This document shows positions 36,540 to 48,635 of a stretch of DNA of 64,000 bases, one piece after another. The notes beneath the pieces are model-generated. The model was not told where the DNA came from, did not search any database, and was given only the letters and a program-made list of their open reading frames with translations. Numbering within the stretch: the first letter of the stretch is position 1; every line of letters begins with the position of its first letter. This stretch comes from Somniosus microcephalus (Eukaryota). Both the position numbers and the translations under genes were made by a program. The stretch lies in contig CM126208.1 of assembly GCA_052327205.1 (NCBI GenBank), positions 96,658,001 through 96,722,000 on the forward strand, read 5' to 3'.

Positions 36540-37701
36540 AACGCTCTTCCCAATCTTCCTTGTGGCAATGCTCCATCTCACCCTCAGTAAGCTCCCCGCT
36601 GGAGTGGAGCTAATTTACAAAACAAACAGGAAACTGTTCAACCTCCGTCGCCTCCAGTCCAGATCCAAGGTCGTCCCTTCCTCTGTCGTCGAATTACAGT
36701 ATGCAGACGACGCTTGCATCTGCACACACTCGGAGGTCGAACTCCAAACCATCATTAACACCTTCACCGAAGCGTATGAGAGCATGGGCCTTACACTAAA
36801 CATCCATAAGACAAAGGTCCTCTACCAACCTGCACCCGCCACACAGTTCTGCCCCCCGATTATCAAAATCCATGACAAGGCCTTGGACAACATGGACCAC
36901 TTTCCATACCTCGGGACCCTACTGTCAACAAGGGTAGACGTCGATGACTGAGTCCAACACAGCCTTCAGTGTGCCAGTGCAGCCTTCGGTCGCCTGAGGA
37001 AGAGAGTGTTTGAAGACCAGGACCTCAAACCCGGCACCAAGCTCATGGTCTACAGAGCAGTAGTAACACCCGCCCTCCTGTATGCCTCAGGGACATGGAC
37101 CACGTACAGCAGGCACCTCAAAGCACTGGAGAGGTACCACCAACGCTGCCTCCACAAGATCCTGCAAATCCATTGGCAGGATAGGCGCACCAACGTCAGT
37201 GTTCTCGCTCAGGCCAACATCCCCAGCATCGAAGCTTTGACCTCGCTCGATCAGCTCCGATGGACGGGTCACATCGTCCGCACGCCCGATACGAGACTCC
37301 CAAAACAAGCGCTCTACTCGGAGCTCCGACGCGGCAACAGAGCCCCAGGTGGGCAGAGGAAACGCTTCAAGGACACCATCAAAGCCTCCTTGAAAAAGTG
37401 CAACATCCCCACCGACACCTGGGAATCCCTGGCCCAAGGCCGTACAAAGTGGAGGAGAAGCATCCGGGAAGGCGCCGAATACCTCGAGTCTCTTCGCCGG
37501 GAGCAAGCGGAAGCCAAGCGCAGGCAGCGCAAGGAGCGCACGTCAACCCAAGCACCCCACCCTCCCGCCCCTTCAACCACCGTCTGCCCCACCTGTGACA
37601 GAGACTGTAGGTCCCGCATTGAACTGATCAGTCACCCGAGAACTCATTTTTAATGTGGAAGCAAGTCATCTTCGATTCCGAGGGACTGCCTAAGAAGAAG
37701 A
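36540..37701 (+). mobile_element. RTE-clade LINE, 5'-truncated
   Basis: ELQYADD RT motif; 215-aa C-terminal ORF ending CPTCDRDCRSRIELISHPRTHF; tail gagggactgcctaagaagaag. Confidence 0.92.
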
Positions 37702-37836
37702 TATCTTGCTAAGGGAGACTGTAGGGGCAAGTAGCTTAGATCTCTTCAGAAATGAATTGAACACATATCTTGAAGAGAGTCACTTCATCAATTACAACTG
37801 TTAGGGCAGTAGGAAGGCGGATTAGATGAACACATG

Positions 37837-38668
37837 GGGGTCGATTTTCCTAAAGCTGTCGGGAAGGAGGCGGGACTACAACTTTCGGGTTTTAGTCCCG
37901 CCTACATCGACGTTCGGCCAATCCACGCGATTTTCCCTTGATTGACCTTGTTAAGCCCGCCCAGCGGGCTCAGCAGGCCAATTAAGGGCCACCCGGCAAC
38001 AGGTGACGTCACAGACTGAAATTTCATCTGTCAAGAGGTCTTGGCAGATGAATATATCAGTGTTTCACAGCTGTTTGAAGCTGTCAAACACTGACAGTCT
38101 GACTTCTAACCGGAGTCCTTCTACACAGACTCAGTTAGAACTGTCACCGGCAATGAAAGCTGAAGGCTGTCACTTTTGACAGCTTGTAGCCATTTTGCTT
38201 TCAGTGCCGGCTGAGTGATGGACTCCCGAAACCTAGAGGAAGAAAGACTGTTAAGGTAAGTACAGGTAATTTAAACTTCTTTACACACACCAAACACACT
38301 TACCTTTGCACTCATGCGCCCATCACTCACCTGAACACCGACATCGCGACCCCTCCAAGTCCTTCAACCCGACGGCCCGACTCCTCTAACCTGGCGTGTT
38401 TTGGAGCCGTCGGGAATCCCACACGACACCCCTCAAAATAGGGATTAGGCTAAAAACTGCCTGCTAACTACCTGTTAACGGGTAGTTAATTGGCACTAAT
38501 CCCTTCCCGCCTCTGGTCGGCAGGTCCCAGTGCGGGGCGGGTACCCGCCTCCCTTGAAACTTACGTGGAGGCGGGTTTTGGGCGGGATGGTGTCGGGACC
38601 CCCGAAATCCGGATTATCCCCCCCACACGCCTGAAACCCCGCTTGACGGCTCCAGGAAAATCTACCCC
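37837..38668. mobile_element. PIF/Harbinger-type MITE
   Basis: TIRs ggggtcgattttcc / ggaaaatctacccc; TSD ATG. Confidence 0.8.
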
Positions 38669-39352
38669 ATGGTCTTTTCTGGTCCCAAGATTTTGTGTTT
38701 CTAATACATGAGCCTCTTTAAATTAACAGTATTAACAGTAAACAGTTTCAGTCTTGAGCTTACAACTCTACATTTACCCATTTTGTGTACGTACACTTTT
38801 CATACATCACTGCTGAATGAAGGTGTAGTTCAATCTGCATACAGTGTACAGTAAATAATATACCCAAGATAGCTAGTAAATGGAAAATATTATCAGATGT
38901 GACAGCAGACTCACTTGCAATTAGAATGCTTGCTAATCATTAGGCATGCTATCCTTTAGTGGGGCATGTTCTGTACTTTCGTACATACGCCCTTTATAAA
39001 TGCGCACCACAGATCCATTAAGAATAATCATTGCTAAATTAACTCCTCAAGTCTGTACTCTCGCAAATAAAAGGGGAGTTAAAAATAACGATGTAGTTTG
39101 AGTGTATGAAGTATTTATATTCCACTTTTACTTCCCATACAGATCCTGGTGTACCACACACCACTTGGAATCATAAGGGCAGGCCGGAGACCAGCTCCTA
39201 AGCCCTTGACAACGCAACTCTTAAGTCTACAACTAGGAGCACAAAACAGCGACCCTACAATAACTTGGTCTGAATTTTCTCCCACAGTAGAGTGAACATA
39301 ATTTTAAAATCACATTGCACCACTATGCCACTATATAGCTTTCCTTTTTATT

Positions 39353-40143
39353 GGGCAGCATTTTCATTGGGCCGTGGAGGTGGGATTGGAGGCGTGTGGG
39401 GGGTTAAAATCGCGAAATCGGGGGGCACAAACCCATCCCGCCCCCATGCCAGTTTCAAAGGAGGCGGGTACCCGACCTGTGCTGGGAGCCGCCTCCCCGA
39501 GGCGGGAAGGGGATTAGTGCCAATTAACTGCCTGTTAACAGGTAGTTAACAGGCAGTTTTTAGCCTAATCCCTATTTTTATTCCTGAAGTGTGGGATTCC
39601 CGACGGCTCCAAACCACACCAAGTTAGCGAGGCGGACCGTCGGGCTGAAGGGCTTGGAGGGTTCGAGATGTCCGGTGTTCAGGTGAGTGATGTGTGCATG
39701 AGTGCAGAGGTAAGTGTGTTTGGTGTGTTTAAAGAAGTTTAATTACCTTTACTTACCTTTACAGTCTTCCTTCCTTCAGGTCTCGGGAGTCCCTCATCTC
39801 ACCGGCACAGAAAGCAGAATGGCCGCGAGCTGTCAAAAGTTGCAGCATTCAGCTTTCTGTTCTGGAGAGAGCTCTAAATCAGCCTGAGGGGAAGGAATTA
39901 ACTTAGTGTACAGATTGTCAATGTTTGACAGCTTCAAAGAGCTCTTGACAGATGAAATGTCAATCTATGACGTCACCTGTTGCTGGGTGGCCCTTAATTG
40001 GCCTGCTGAGCCCGCTGGGCGGGCTCAACAAGGTCAATCAAGTGAAAATCGCGTGGGTTGGCCACAACTTGATGGAGGCGGGACTACAACCCCAAAACTT
40101 GTAGTCCTGCCTCCTCCACGCTTCCAGTATCAAAATCCAGCCC
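39353..40143. mobile_element. PIF/Harbinger-type MITE, inverted relative to 37837-38668
   Basis: TIRs gggcagcatttt / aaaatccagccc; TSD ATT; long reverse-complement similarity to its neighbour. Confidence 0.8.
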
Positions 40144-40629
40144 ATTGTCTCTAGCATTCTCCCCCAGCCCTCCCAATTTTGGATTATGGTACAATTTTTA
40201 TTACTCTAATTAATTTTTGTAGTTGTTTAATTATCTCCTCATTCTCCTTTTCATGATGCTGCATTTACTGTTTATTTTTTTGTATTACAAGTATATTATT
40301 TTACATATGTATCTGCAGCTATTTTCATTGTTTAGCCTTTAATGTACATCTGATACATCCCAAGTTTGCTCAGATCAATGTAATCTTAGGCTGTAGTTCT
40401 TGATATTCCAGTCTTGTGGATGTGTCTAATTCATCTTATTTGCTGTGGCTTTCCAGACAATTTTGTTGTTCTTGGTTCAATATCTCTGGATTATGTTGTA
40501 AACTTGGTGTTTGCATCCCTTTTGCTTAGTTTATTGGTGCTAAACGCAACTACTTATTTCTTTCTGATGTATTGGTTTTGCCAGTGGGTGCATGTTTGTT
40601 GTGTGTGGGATTGGTTGGGTTTGGGATGA

Positions 40630-41821
40630 ATAGATGGTAAAATAGATAAGGGAGAACCAGCGGATGTGGTGTATTTGGACTTTCAGAAGGCTTTCGATAA
40701 GGTCCCACATAAAAGATTAGCGTGTAAAGTTAAGGCACATGGGATTGGGGGCAAGGTATTGACTTGGATAGAGAACTGGTTGGCAGGCAGAAAGCAAAGA
40801 GTTGGAATAAACGGGTCTTTTTCCGAGTGGCAGGCAGTGACTAGTGGAGTACCGCAGGGATCGGTCCTTGGACCCCAGCTATTCACAATATATATTAATG
40901 ATCTAGACAAGGAAACTAGATGTAATATCCCCAAGTTTGCAGACGACACAAAGCTGGGTGGGCGTGTGTGCTGTGAGGAGGATGCCGAGAAACTCCAGTA
41001 TGATTTGGACAGGTTGGGTGATTGGGCAGAAGCATGGCAGATGCAATATAACGTGGATAAATGTGAGGTTATCCACTTTGATGGCAAAAACAGAAAAGCA
41101 ATTATTATCTGAATGGCAATAGATTGGGAGAAGGGGAAGACCTGGGTGTCCTTGTGCACCAGTCGCTGAAGGTAAGCATGCAGGTGGTTAAGAAGGCAAA
41201 TGGTATGTTGGCCTTCGTAGCGAGAGGGTTTGAGTACAGGAACAAGGATGTCTTGCTGCAGTTGTACAGGGCCTTGGTGAGACCACACCTTGAGTATTGT
41301 GTGCAGTTTTGGTCGCCTTATCTGAGGAAGGATGTTCTTGCCATGGAAGGAGTTCAGCGAAGATTCACCAGGCTGATACCTGGGATGGCAGGAATGACGT
41401 ATGAGGAGAGATTGGGTCGATTGGGCTTATACTCGCTGGAGTTTAGAAGAATGAGAGGGGATCTCATTGAAACTTATAAAATTCTGACAGGACTGGACAG
41501 ACTAGATGCAGGAAGGATGTTCCCGATGGTCGGGGAGTCCAGAACCAGGGGTCACAGTCTAAGGATAAGGGGTAAGCCATTTAGGACAGAAATGAGGAGG
41601 AATTTCTTCACCCAGAGAGTGGTGAACCTGTGGAATTCTCTACCACAGAAGGCAGTAGAGGCCAATTCATTAAATATATTCAAGAAGGAGTTGGATATAT
41701 TTCTTAAGGCTAAAGGGTTCAAGGGGTATGGGGAGAAAGCAGGGACCGGGTACTGAATTTGAATGATCAGCCATGATCACATTGAATGGCTTACTCCTGC
41801 TCCTATCTTCTATGTTTCTAT
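40630..41821 (+). mobile_element. CR1 LINE ORF2 (RT), frameshifted, with 3' UTR
   Basis: YLDFQKAFDKVPH...SGVPQGSVLGP...KFADDTK...LEYCVQFWSP. Confidence 0.95.
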
Positions 41822-42656
41822 CAAGGGAGAAACATTGCAAGTTAACAGCTCTTATTCTTGCTATCATGTCTATAGGAAGTACTGTAGTACATACACATCT
41901 GGGGATGATGAAGGTCCTTACGTTCGCCTCCACACTGTCTGTGAAGTTAATATCGGTGTTCACCTTCCTTGATATGTTTTTAGTTTCTCTTATCGTTGAA
42001 GTATGTTGTAGGTTCTATATAGGTCACTACCTGGCACACTCATCCTTTCTACAACCTCGCTGGGATGTGCTGTGCATCCCTACATTTTGTCTATGCTGCC
42101 CAGATGTTCAACGGGACTTTCAACATCCCTTGGCCTTGATAGCTCATTCTTTGGGGAAGGGATAGCTGTGTTTCTAATTGTCTCTTGTGCTGTACTGTAT
42201 TTCTGGGAAGAGGGTAGCTGTGCTCAATTCTATGTTGTTCTTGGGGCTGTTATCAATTTCTTACCAGTTTTACTTTTGGTGCTGGGGGGGAATGTGAGAG
42301 AGTAGCCTTGTAGACTTTTTGCCTCAGTACTGTATTCTATTTGGGAGTGAGAGATAGGCATTATATTTTGATGGTAATATTTGTTGTGTTGCTATCTCGT
42401 TCATCCTTGATGCTATAGGAGCTGTGCTTCTACCTCACTTGTTACTGGTGCTGATTTGAAGATGATTTCCTATCCCTTGCTCCTGATGCTGTATTATTTA
42501 TATTGCTCCTGCTTCTTTTGCCCTTCGTGCAATGATATATTCCTAGGGATGGGATAGTTGTGCTTTCCTTGATGTGGTGCATACTTGTAGGTGAGGGGTA
42601 GTTGTGTACCTGCCTCTGGTGTAGTGGATACTCGGAGGGGTAGTTGTGTTCCTGCC

Positions 42657-43679
42657 CTGGTGCTGTCTGTGGCCGGTCCACTGGTGCTGTCTGTGGCTGG
42701 TATACTGCTGCTGTCTGTGGCCAGTATATTGGTGCTGGCTGTGGCCAGTTCACTGGTGCTGGCTGTGGCCGGTATACTGACGCTGTCCGTGGCCGGTATA
42801 CTGACGCTGTCCGTGGCCGGTATACTGACGCTGTCCGTGGCCGGTATACTGACGCTGTCCGTGGCCGGTATACTGACGCTGTCCGTGGCCGGTATACTGA
42901 CGCTGTCCGTGGCCGGTATACTGACGCTGTCCGTGGCCGGTATACTGACGCTGTCCGTGGCCGGTATACTGACGCTGTCCGTGGCCGGTATACTGACGCT
43001 GGCCGTGGCCGGTATACTGACGCTGGCCGTGGCCGGTATACTGACGCTGTCCGTGGCCGGTATACTGACGCTGTCTGTGGCCGGTATACTGGTGCTGTCT
43101 GAGACCGGTATACTGGTGCGGTCTGTGGCCGGTATACCTGACACTGTCTGTGGCTAGTATACTGACGCTGTCTACGGCCGGTATACTGATGCTGTCTATG
43201 GCTGGTATACTAGTGCTGTCTATGGCTGGTATACTGGTGCTGTCTGTGGCTGGTATACTGACGCTGTCTGTGGCTGGTATACTGACGCTGTCTATGGCCG
43301 GTATACTGGTGCTGTCTATGGCTGGTATACTAGTGCTGTCTATGGCCGGTATACTGGTGCTGTCTATGGCTGGTATACTGGTGCTGTCTGTGGCTGGTAT
43401 ACTGACGCTGTCTGTGGCTGGTATACTGACGCTGTCTATGGCCGGTATACTGGTGCTGTCTATGGCTGGTATACTAGTGCTGTCTATGGCCGGTATACTG
43501 ATGCTGTCTATGGCTGGTATACTGACACTGTCTATGGCTGGTATACTGACACTGTCTATGGCTGGTATACTGGTGCTGTCTGAGGCTGGTATACTGACAC
43601 TGTCTGAGGCTGGTATACTGACACTGTCTATGGCTGGTATACTGTTGCTGTCTATGGCTGCTTTACTGACACTGTCTAG
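42657..43679. repeat. 24-bp minisatellite, about 42 units (GGTATACTGACGCTGTCYRTGGCY)
   Basis: Seen directly; begins a few bp inside CHMP4C intron 1; one 25-bp unit near 43137. Confidence 0.97.
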
Positions 43680-43687
43680 GCTCCTAC

Positions 43688-43889
43688 CTCTCTTGTTCTT
43701 GGTGCCGCTTCTCCGGGCGGTCTCCAGCTCTCTCTCGATCCTATTCTCCAGGTATTCCTGTTTCTTGGTCAACATCTCCTCGGTCTCCCGGAGACGATGG
43801 AGGGCTTCCTGCGGGCTCGGACCCTGTTTCCTGGAGCGGGACGAGTCCGAGCTCGGGCCGCCCTTGAAGAAGTTTGCAACTTTACTCAT
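43688..43889 (-). CDS. CHMP4C: CHMP4C (ESCRT-III, Snf7 family) coding exon 1
   Basis: MSKVANFFKGGPSSDSSRSRKQGPSPQEALHRLRETEEMLTKKQEYLENRIERELETARRSGTKNKR matches the CHMP4 N-terminus. Donor G|GTAGGA at 43687, phase 1. Assigned to 4C by head-to-head synteny with ZFAND1 and 4C-like residues. Confidence 0.93.
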
Positions 43890-44026
43890 AACGATCGGCC
43901 GCCGCCGCCTCGAGCCGGACGGAAAAACAAGGAAGGCGCCGCGGCTCGCGCGACCGTTCCGGGAGCACTTCCGGCAAAGCGGCTGTTGCTCGGTGCGGGG
44001 GCGGTGTGCAGGGAGCCGGCGACAAA
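43890..44026. promoter_or_regulatory. CpG-rich bidirectional promoter / 5' UTRs shared by CHMP4C and ZFAND1
   Basis: 137 bp between divergent ATGs, within a GC/CpG-rich island (about 43700-44150). ETS-like ACTTCCGG near 43967, GC box GGGGCGG near 43998, YY1-like AAAATGGCGG over the ZFAND1 ATG. Confidence 0.8.
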
Positions 44027-44081
44027 ATGGCGGAGCTGGGGCTCGGGCAGCGGTGCGAAGTGCAGCAGTGCCGACAGCTCG
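44027..44081 (+). CDS. ZFAND1: ZFAND1 (AN1-type zinc finger protein 1) coding exon 1
   Basis: MAELGLGQRCEVQQCRQL resembles vertebrate ZFAND1 MAELDIGQHCQVEHCRQR. Donor G|gtaaga. Confidence 0.92.
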
Positions 44082-44194
44082 GTAAGAAGCTGGGAGGGAC
44101 AGCTCGGTAAGAAGCTGGGAGGGGCAGCTGCAGTCACTCTCGGGCCTTCGTAAACATTTTACTGTGTCGTGTAAACCGCGACGGGAATATCGAG

Positions 44195-44520
44195 TTGTAT
44201 AAAATTATGAGGGGCCTGGATAGGAAGCAACTATTTCCCCCTAGCAGTGAGGTCAATAACTAGGGGGCATAGATTTAATGTAATTGGTAGAAGGATTAGA
44301 GGGGAGTTGAGGAGAACATTTTTTGTACCCAGAGGGTGGTGGGGGTCTGGAACGTACTGTCTGCATTTAAAAAGTACTTGGATATACACTTGAATTATTA
44401 ATCTACAAGGCTACGGACCAAGAGTTGGAAAGTGGGGTTTGGTTGGATAGCTCTTTTTTGGCCCGCACAGACACGATGGGCTGCATGACCTCCTGTGCCG
44501 TAAATTTCTGTGATTCTATT
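44195..44520 (+). mobile_element. CR1 3' fragment
   Basis: tataaaattatgaggggcctggatagg...acccagagggtggtggggg...tttctgtgattct. Confidence 0.8.
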
Positions 44521-44789
44521 AATATCGTTAATGTCTTACATTTAAGTCCTATCAACAGGAAGCAGATGAATGTCACTCATTCCTCTGCAAGGATTGTGAA
44601 GATAATTATGGATGAGGGAGGCCATTCTTGCCCATCCATCCAAAATGACCCTAAAGACCATTTCCAAAACCACATTGTGGTCCAGTTCTTAAATAATTTC
44701 AGGGTTTTGGTCTCCAACATTTTATCTGGGAATCCATTCACTTGTTCATGATTTAAAGTAATTTTCCTGATTTGCCTTTGCCATGCCGT

Positions 44790-46020
44790 TTACAATCTTA
44801 TATACTTCTCACAGCCAGACTCTTGAGCCACAGTCTGTCATGTCCAGAGAAGTGACTGATGTCCCCCACTGACCTAATGCTCAGGTGGATTCTGGTAGCA
44901 GTGCGTTCCTTGTATACTTCCAGCGGCTGTTTATTTTGTTCAAAAATGTATAGTTTGACTTTCTTCCAAGACAATAGCGAATCCAAGTTAGGATTTGTCA
45001 CATTGTTTCACTTCTCCAGATCTTCTTGGCTCTAGCACTCTGTTCTTGGCTGAAAAGCCCAATTCGCTGTGCTGTCTCCGGTGATTGGACATGGTACTGA
45101 AGCTGTGGTCTGACCATAACACTACAGTTTGACCTGAACTTCCTATGACTTTCATTCAAGTGCTTTGGCTATGAAGTTTTAACATTCTGTTGGCTTTGTT
45201 GATTGCTGCTCTGCATTGATTGAGCATTGTCTACTAAAACTCATAAGTCTTTTTCAGCTTCACCCTTAGCTATTTCAAACCATTGATAGTATGTGTGTTG
45301 CCCATTTTCCTTCCAATGTGTAGCACTCTACATCTGTCTGTCTTCATTTGACATTTTACATATTTTATCCAGTTCATTTTATAATTTCTGCACGGGCTCC
45401 TCTAATTCCACTGCTGCTTCTAGTTTGGTATCGTCTGCATTTTTGACTAATTTATATTGGGTTTCTAAATCTAAATCATTGATGTAAGTTAGAAATAGTA
45501 GTGGCCCTAACAAAGATCCCTGGGGCACCTCACTCAGTACTCTTCCCTCCTCGTCATTTAACTGCTCCAATAAGTACCTGTTGTTTTCTACCCTTCAGCC
45601 AATTTCTTATCCATATCCAAGGTTTACCCAGAATCCCTGAAGCTTTGAACTTATGCCTTTTCACACAGAACTTTGACAGATGCCTTCTAGAAGTCTAGAC
45701 CCAACGCTTTCGATGAGATTACCATAATCCATTTGGGATATTACGTCCTTAGTGAAGTCAAGGAATTTGGTCAAGCAGTATCTACCCCCTCTGAATCTAT
45801 GTTGATCACTGCTAAGTGATTTATTATTGCATAGATTCAATTATTTTACACACAATTGAAATAAAACTAATGGTTCTATAGTTGCTTGAGACTAATTTGT
45901 TGGCCATTTTGAATATGGGTGCCCCGTTGGTCTGTTTCCAATTGAATGTTATTTTCCCCCAAGTCGAGTGACTCCCTCATAATTGTCAATGCCTCTCAAA
46001 TCTCCTTCCTAGTCTCTTAG
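44790..46020 (-). mobile_element. Old degenerate CR1 RT fragment
   Basis: [22 protein letters not shown]...ADDTKL in ORF 45379-45570. Confidence 0.8.
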
Positions 46021-46816
46021 CATTCAGATAAATAACCACCTATCCCTGAGAAAAAAATTTTTGGAGTCCTTTCACCCTATTGAGGACTTTCATCTTTGTT
46101 AAGTCATTAATTTTGACTGGGATAACTCTGTGTGGGCATGTTGCTCATTATTTCCCTTTGATTACTCGGAGGAAGAAGTATTTCAGAAAAGTTTACTATC
46201 CTGTATTCATTAAGCTAAACTTAATCATTCTGTGGTGGATGTCCCCAGGGGTGCCACAAGTTCCTTTATTTTTGTACTTTAATTATTTACAAATACCAGG
46301 TCAAGATGAGCACTACCTCTTGTGGCTTCTCCAAAATACCCTGTATCTCTCCTGCTGGATTGTATTTGATCTTAAATAAGCAGTAACAAATTGGAAGTCA
46401 GGGGTAGGGTGGGGAAATTACCATCTAAAATTCACCACACTCAAAGCGTGAAACTCAGCAGTACCTGATAGGAATGCACTGGTGTGATTCCCTCTGCATG
46501 TACCCCCACACATGTCCCAAACAAGGATCTAAATTTCTAGTCTTGTAGCCAAATATATAAAGTATGTTTATTAAACTTGTTTACTGGTAATTTGGCTCCA
46601 AAATCAAACTCATTATATGTTACCAGATGATCATTAACCTTATTTTTTGGGTCAATTGTGAACTTTGAGAACTAACTCAATTTTTTTTTCTCATCAGTAT
46701 AATTGCGAAATAGTCACTCCAGGTAAACGCTAAAGTAATTTTAAGTGAATAACAAATATGCTGTCAAAGTAGCTGCTGAGTTTTGTTAAACTAACCAATA
46801 TTCTCCAATCTTTCAG

Positions 46817-46859
46817 ATTTTCTACCATTTGTTTGTGATGGCTGTTCAGGAACTTACTG
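46817..46859 (+). CDS. ZFAND1: ZFAND1 exon 2 (43 nt)
   Basis: ctttcag|AT ... TG|gtacag; encodes DFLPFVCDGCSGTYC (AN1 finger 1). Confidence 0.93.
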
Positions 46860-46997
46860 GTACAGTATTGTTCATCAAAATAAGTAGCTACAATTGTAAC
46901 TAGGAAAATACATTCTACAAATATAACAATAGGGATGATTCCTCTTCATTCTTGCAATATTGCAGTTGGCATACCATATATTCTTCCTTTTCTTTAG

Positions 46998-47037
46998 CCT
47001 TGAACATAGAAGTAAAGATGCTCATGGTTGTTCTGGG
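46998..47037 (+). CDS. ZFAND1: ZFAND1 exon 3 (40 nt)
   Basis: tttctttag|C ... GGG|gtgagt; encodes LEHRSKDAHGCSG. Confidence 0.92.
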
Positions 47038-48329
47038 GTGAGTTTTTGTAGATCATACATGTGCATGTAGTATTTTATGCTTTTTTTGCATCAATGTGGG
47101 CTATAGATGGTTCACTTTCCCTGTATTATTTAAATAGATCAGAAAGAATCTTTTGTGTCATATTGTGCTGCAGGCCTCTGTTTGGAATGTGCCAGACAAT
47201 TTTGAGTTATCATTTTTAACTATATTTTTAACTCTATTAAGACAACATTTAAGGTCCCCTTTTTATTGGTAAATCTAAATCTCATTTTCCACTATGATTA
47301 CAGAACTAACCATAGGCTTGTGCTAAATTTGTCAATGTTGCTCTGAGGCAAAAATGCCTGAGTGGTGCAATTCAGGGTGTGTTCTAGGTTTGGGTTGAGG
47401 CAAATTGTCATGACAACTGAATGGAGGTTTTTATTGTATCTGCCTCATGTCATAATTATGTTATTGGGGTTAAAGTGAGAAACGGTGTATATTGCAGCAT
47501 CATTTGCACGTACCAATCATTAAAACTGTAAAACATGTTTAAATATATGCACATAATAACTAGGATAATGAATTTCCTGGTAAGACAAACTATTGTTTTT
47601 TTAGTAACACCCCCTTTACTTTTAAAAGCCTCTCCCTTTCAGAGATGCACTACTAATTCACCGAACCATAAGTGAGTGGTAGTGGAGGTGAGGCACTTCC
47701 CACGAGGACGGAAACTTAATGGACAAGTTTCCCTAAGTTCCATTTGTACATCTCTTAATGGGCACTACAGCACATATTTGTCAGGAAGCTGAGAGGTTAT
47801 TACCTACTCTCTCACTTACTGACAAATGATGCAGGATGTGAGGAACATAAAGTGGAAATCTCTTTAATGGAAAATTTTAAATTCCTGTCACCTGGCTTGC
47901 TATTATATGGCAAAAATTAGCAGCTATAATGGTGACAGCAACAGAAGTATTTCTATCCTTGTAAACATATGATATCAATTTGAATTGGAAAAACTGAAAC
48001 AGAAAAAACTCTAACGTTTGTATGTAACCACCTACAGGATGCATTGCAGTAAAATAAAGACCATTTAATTACAGTTTCCACAGAATAATGGAAGAATTGT
48101 GGAATTGAATTGCCATGGCACGAGGAAAAGTCCCAGAATATAATTGAATAAGAATGAAATATAAATTATTCAGTCACTGTAAATCAGTGGTCACAATGTT
48201 ATCCCCTACATGTCGTAAACACACTTATTCACTGAGCAACACAGTTGGAGATCTGCTAGTATGTAGTAACATTTAGAGTGCTACAGAGTGAGGGAGCTAA
48301 ATATTTAAAGTCTGAAATTCAAATTTCAG

Positions 48330-48457
48330 GTATGTTTAAGAAAAGAACCAGTGAAATCTGAAGGGCCTTCATCTTACAACTGTACATACAGAAGCTGTAA
48401 GGCAAAAGAACTCTTGCCAGTAATTTGCTCGCACTGTGAGAAACACTTTTGTCTGGG
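48330..48457 (+). CDS. ZFAND1: ZFAND1 exon 4 (128 nt)
   Basis: tttcag|GTA ... GG|gtgagt; encodes VCLRKEPVKSEGPSSYNCTYRSCKAKELLPVICSHCEKHFCLG (AN1 finger 2). Confidence 0.92.
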
Positions 48458-48543
48458 GTGAGTATTTGTGTAAGCTGAGTTCTGATACTGGTATTGGTTA
48501 AGATTTGCACTTCAGTATGTTGATGTTTCTGTTTCTGTTTCAG

Positions 48544-48635
48544 GCATCGACACCAGTCAGATCACGACTGTGAAAAGCAGGAGGTGCCGAAATCACGTTT
48601 GGTTATCTCTCAGCAAGTACTTAAAGAGACTGTTG
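48544..48635 (+). CDS. ZFAND1: ZFAND1 exon 5 (92 nt, GC donor)
   Basis: tgtttcag|G; encodes HRHQSDHDCEKQEVPKSRLVISQQVLKETV. The only phase-compatible donor I found is G|gcaagt. Confidence 0.88.

Noticed and set aside
42657-43679. Regular array superficially like CRISPR
   Set aside because: Contiguous tandem units with no unique spacers, in a eukaryotic intron.
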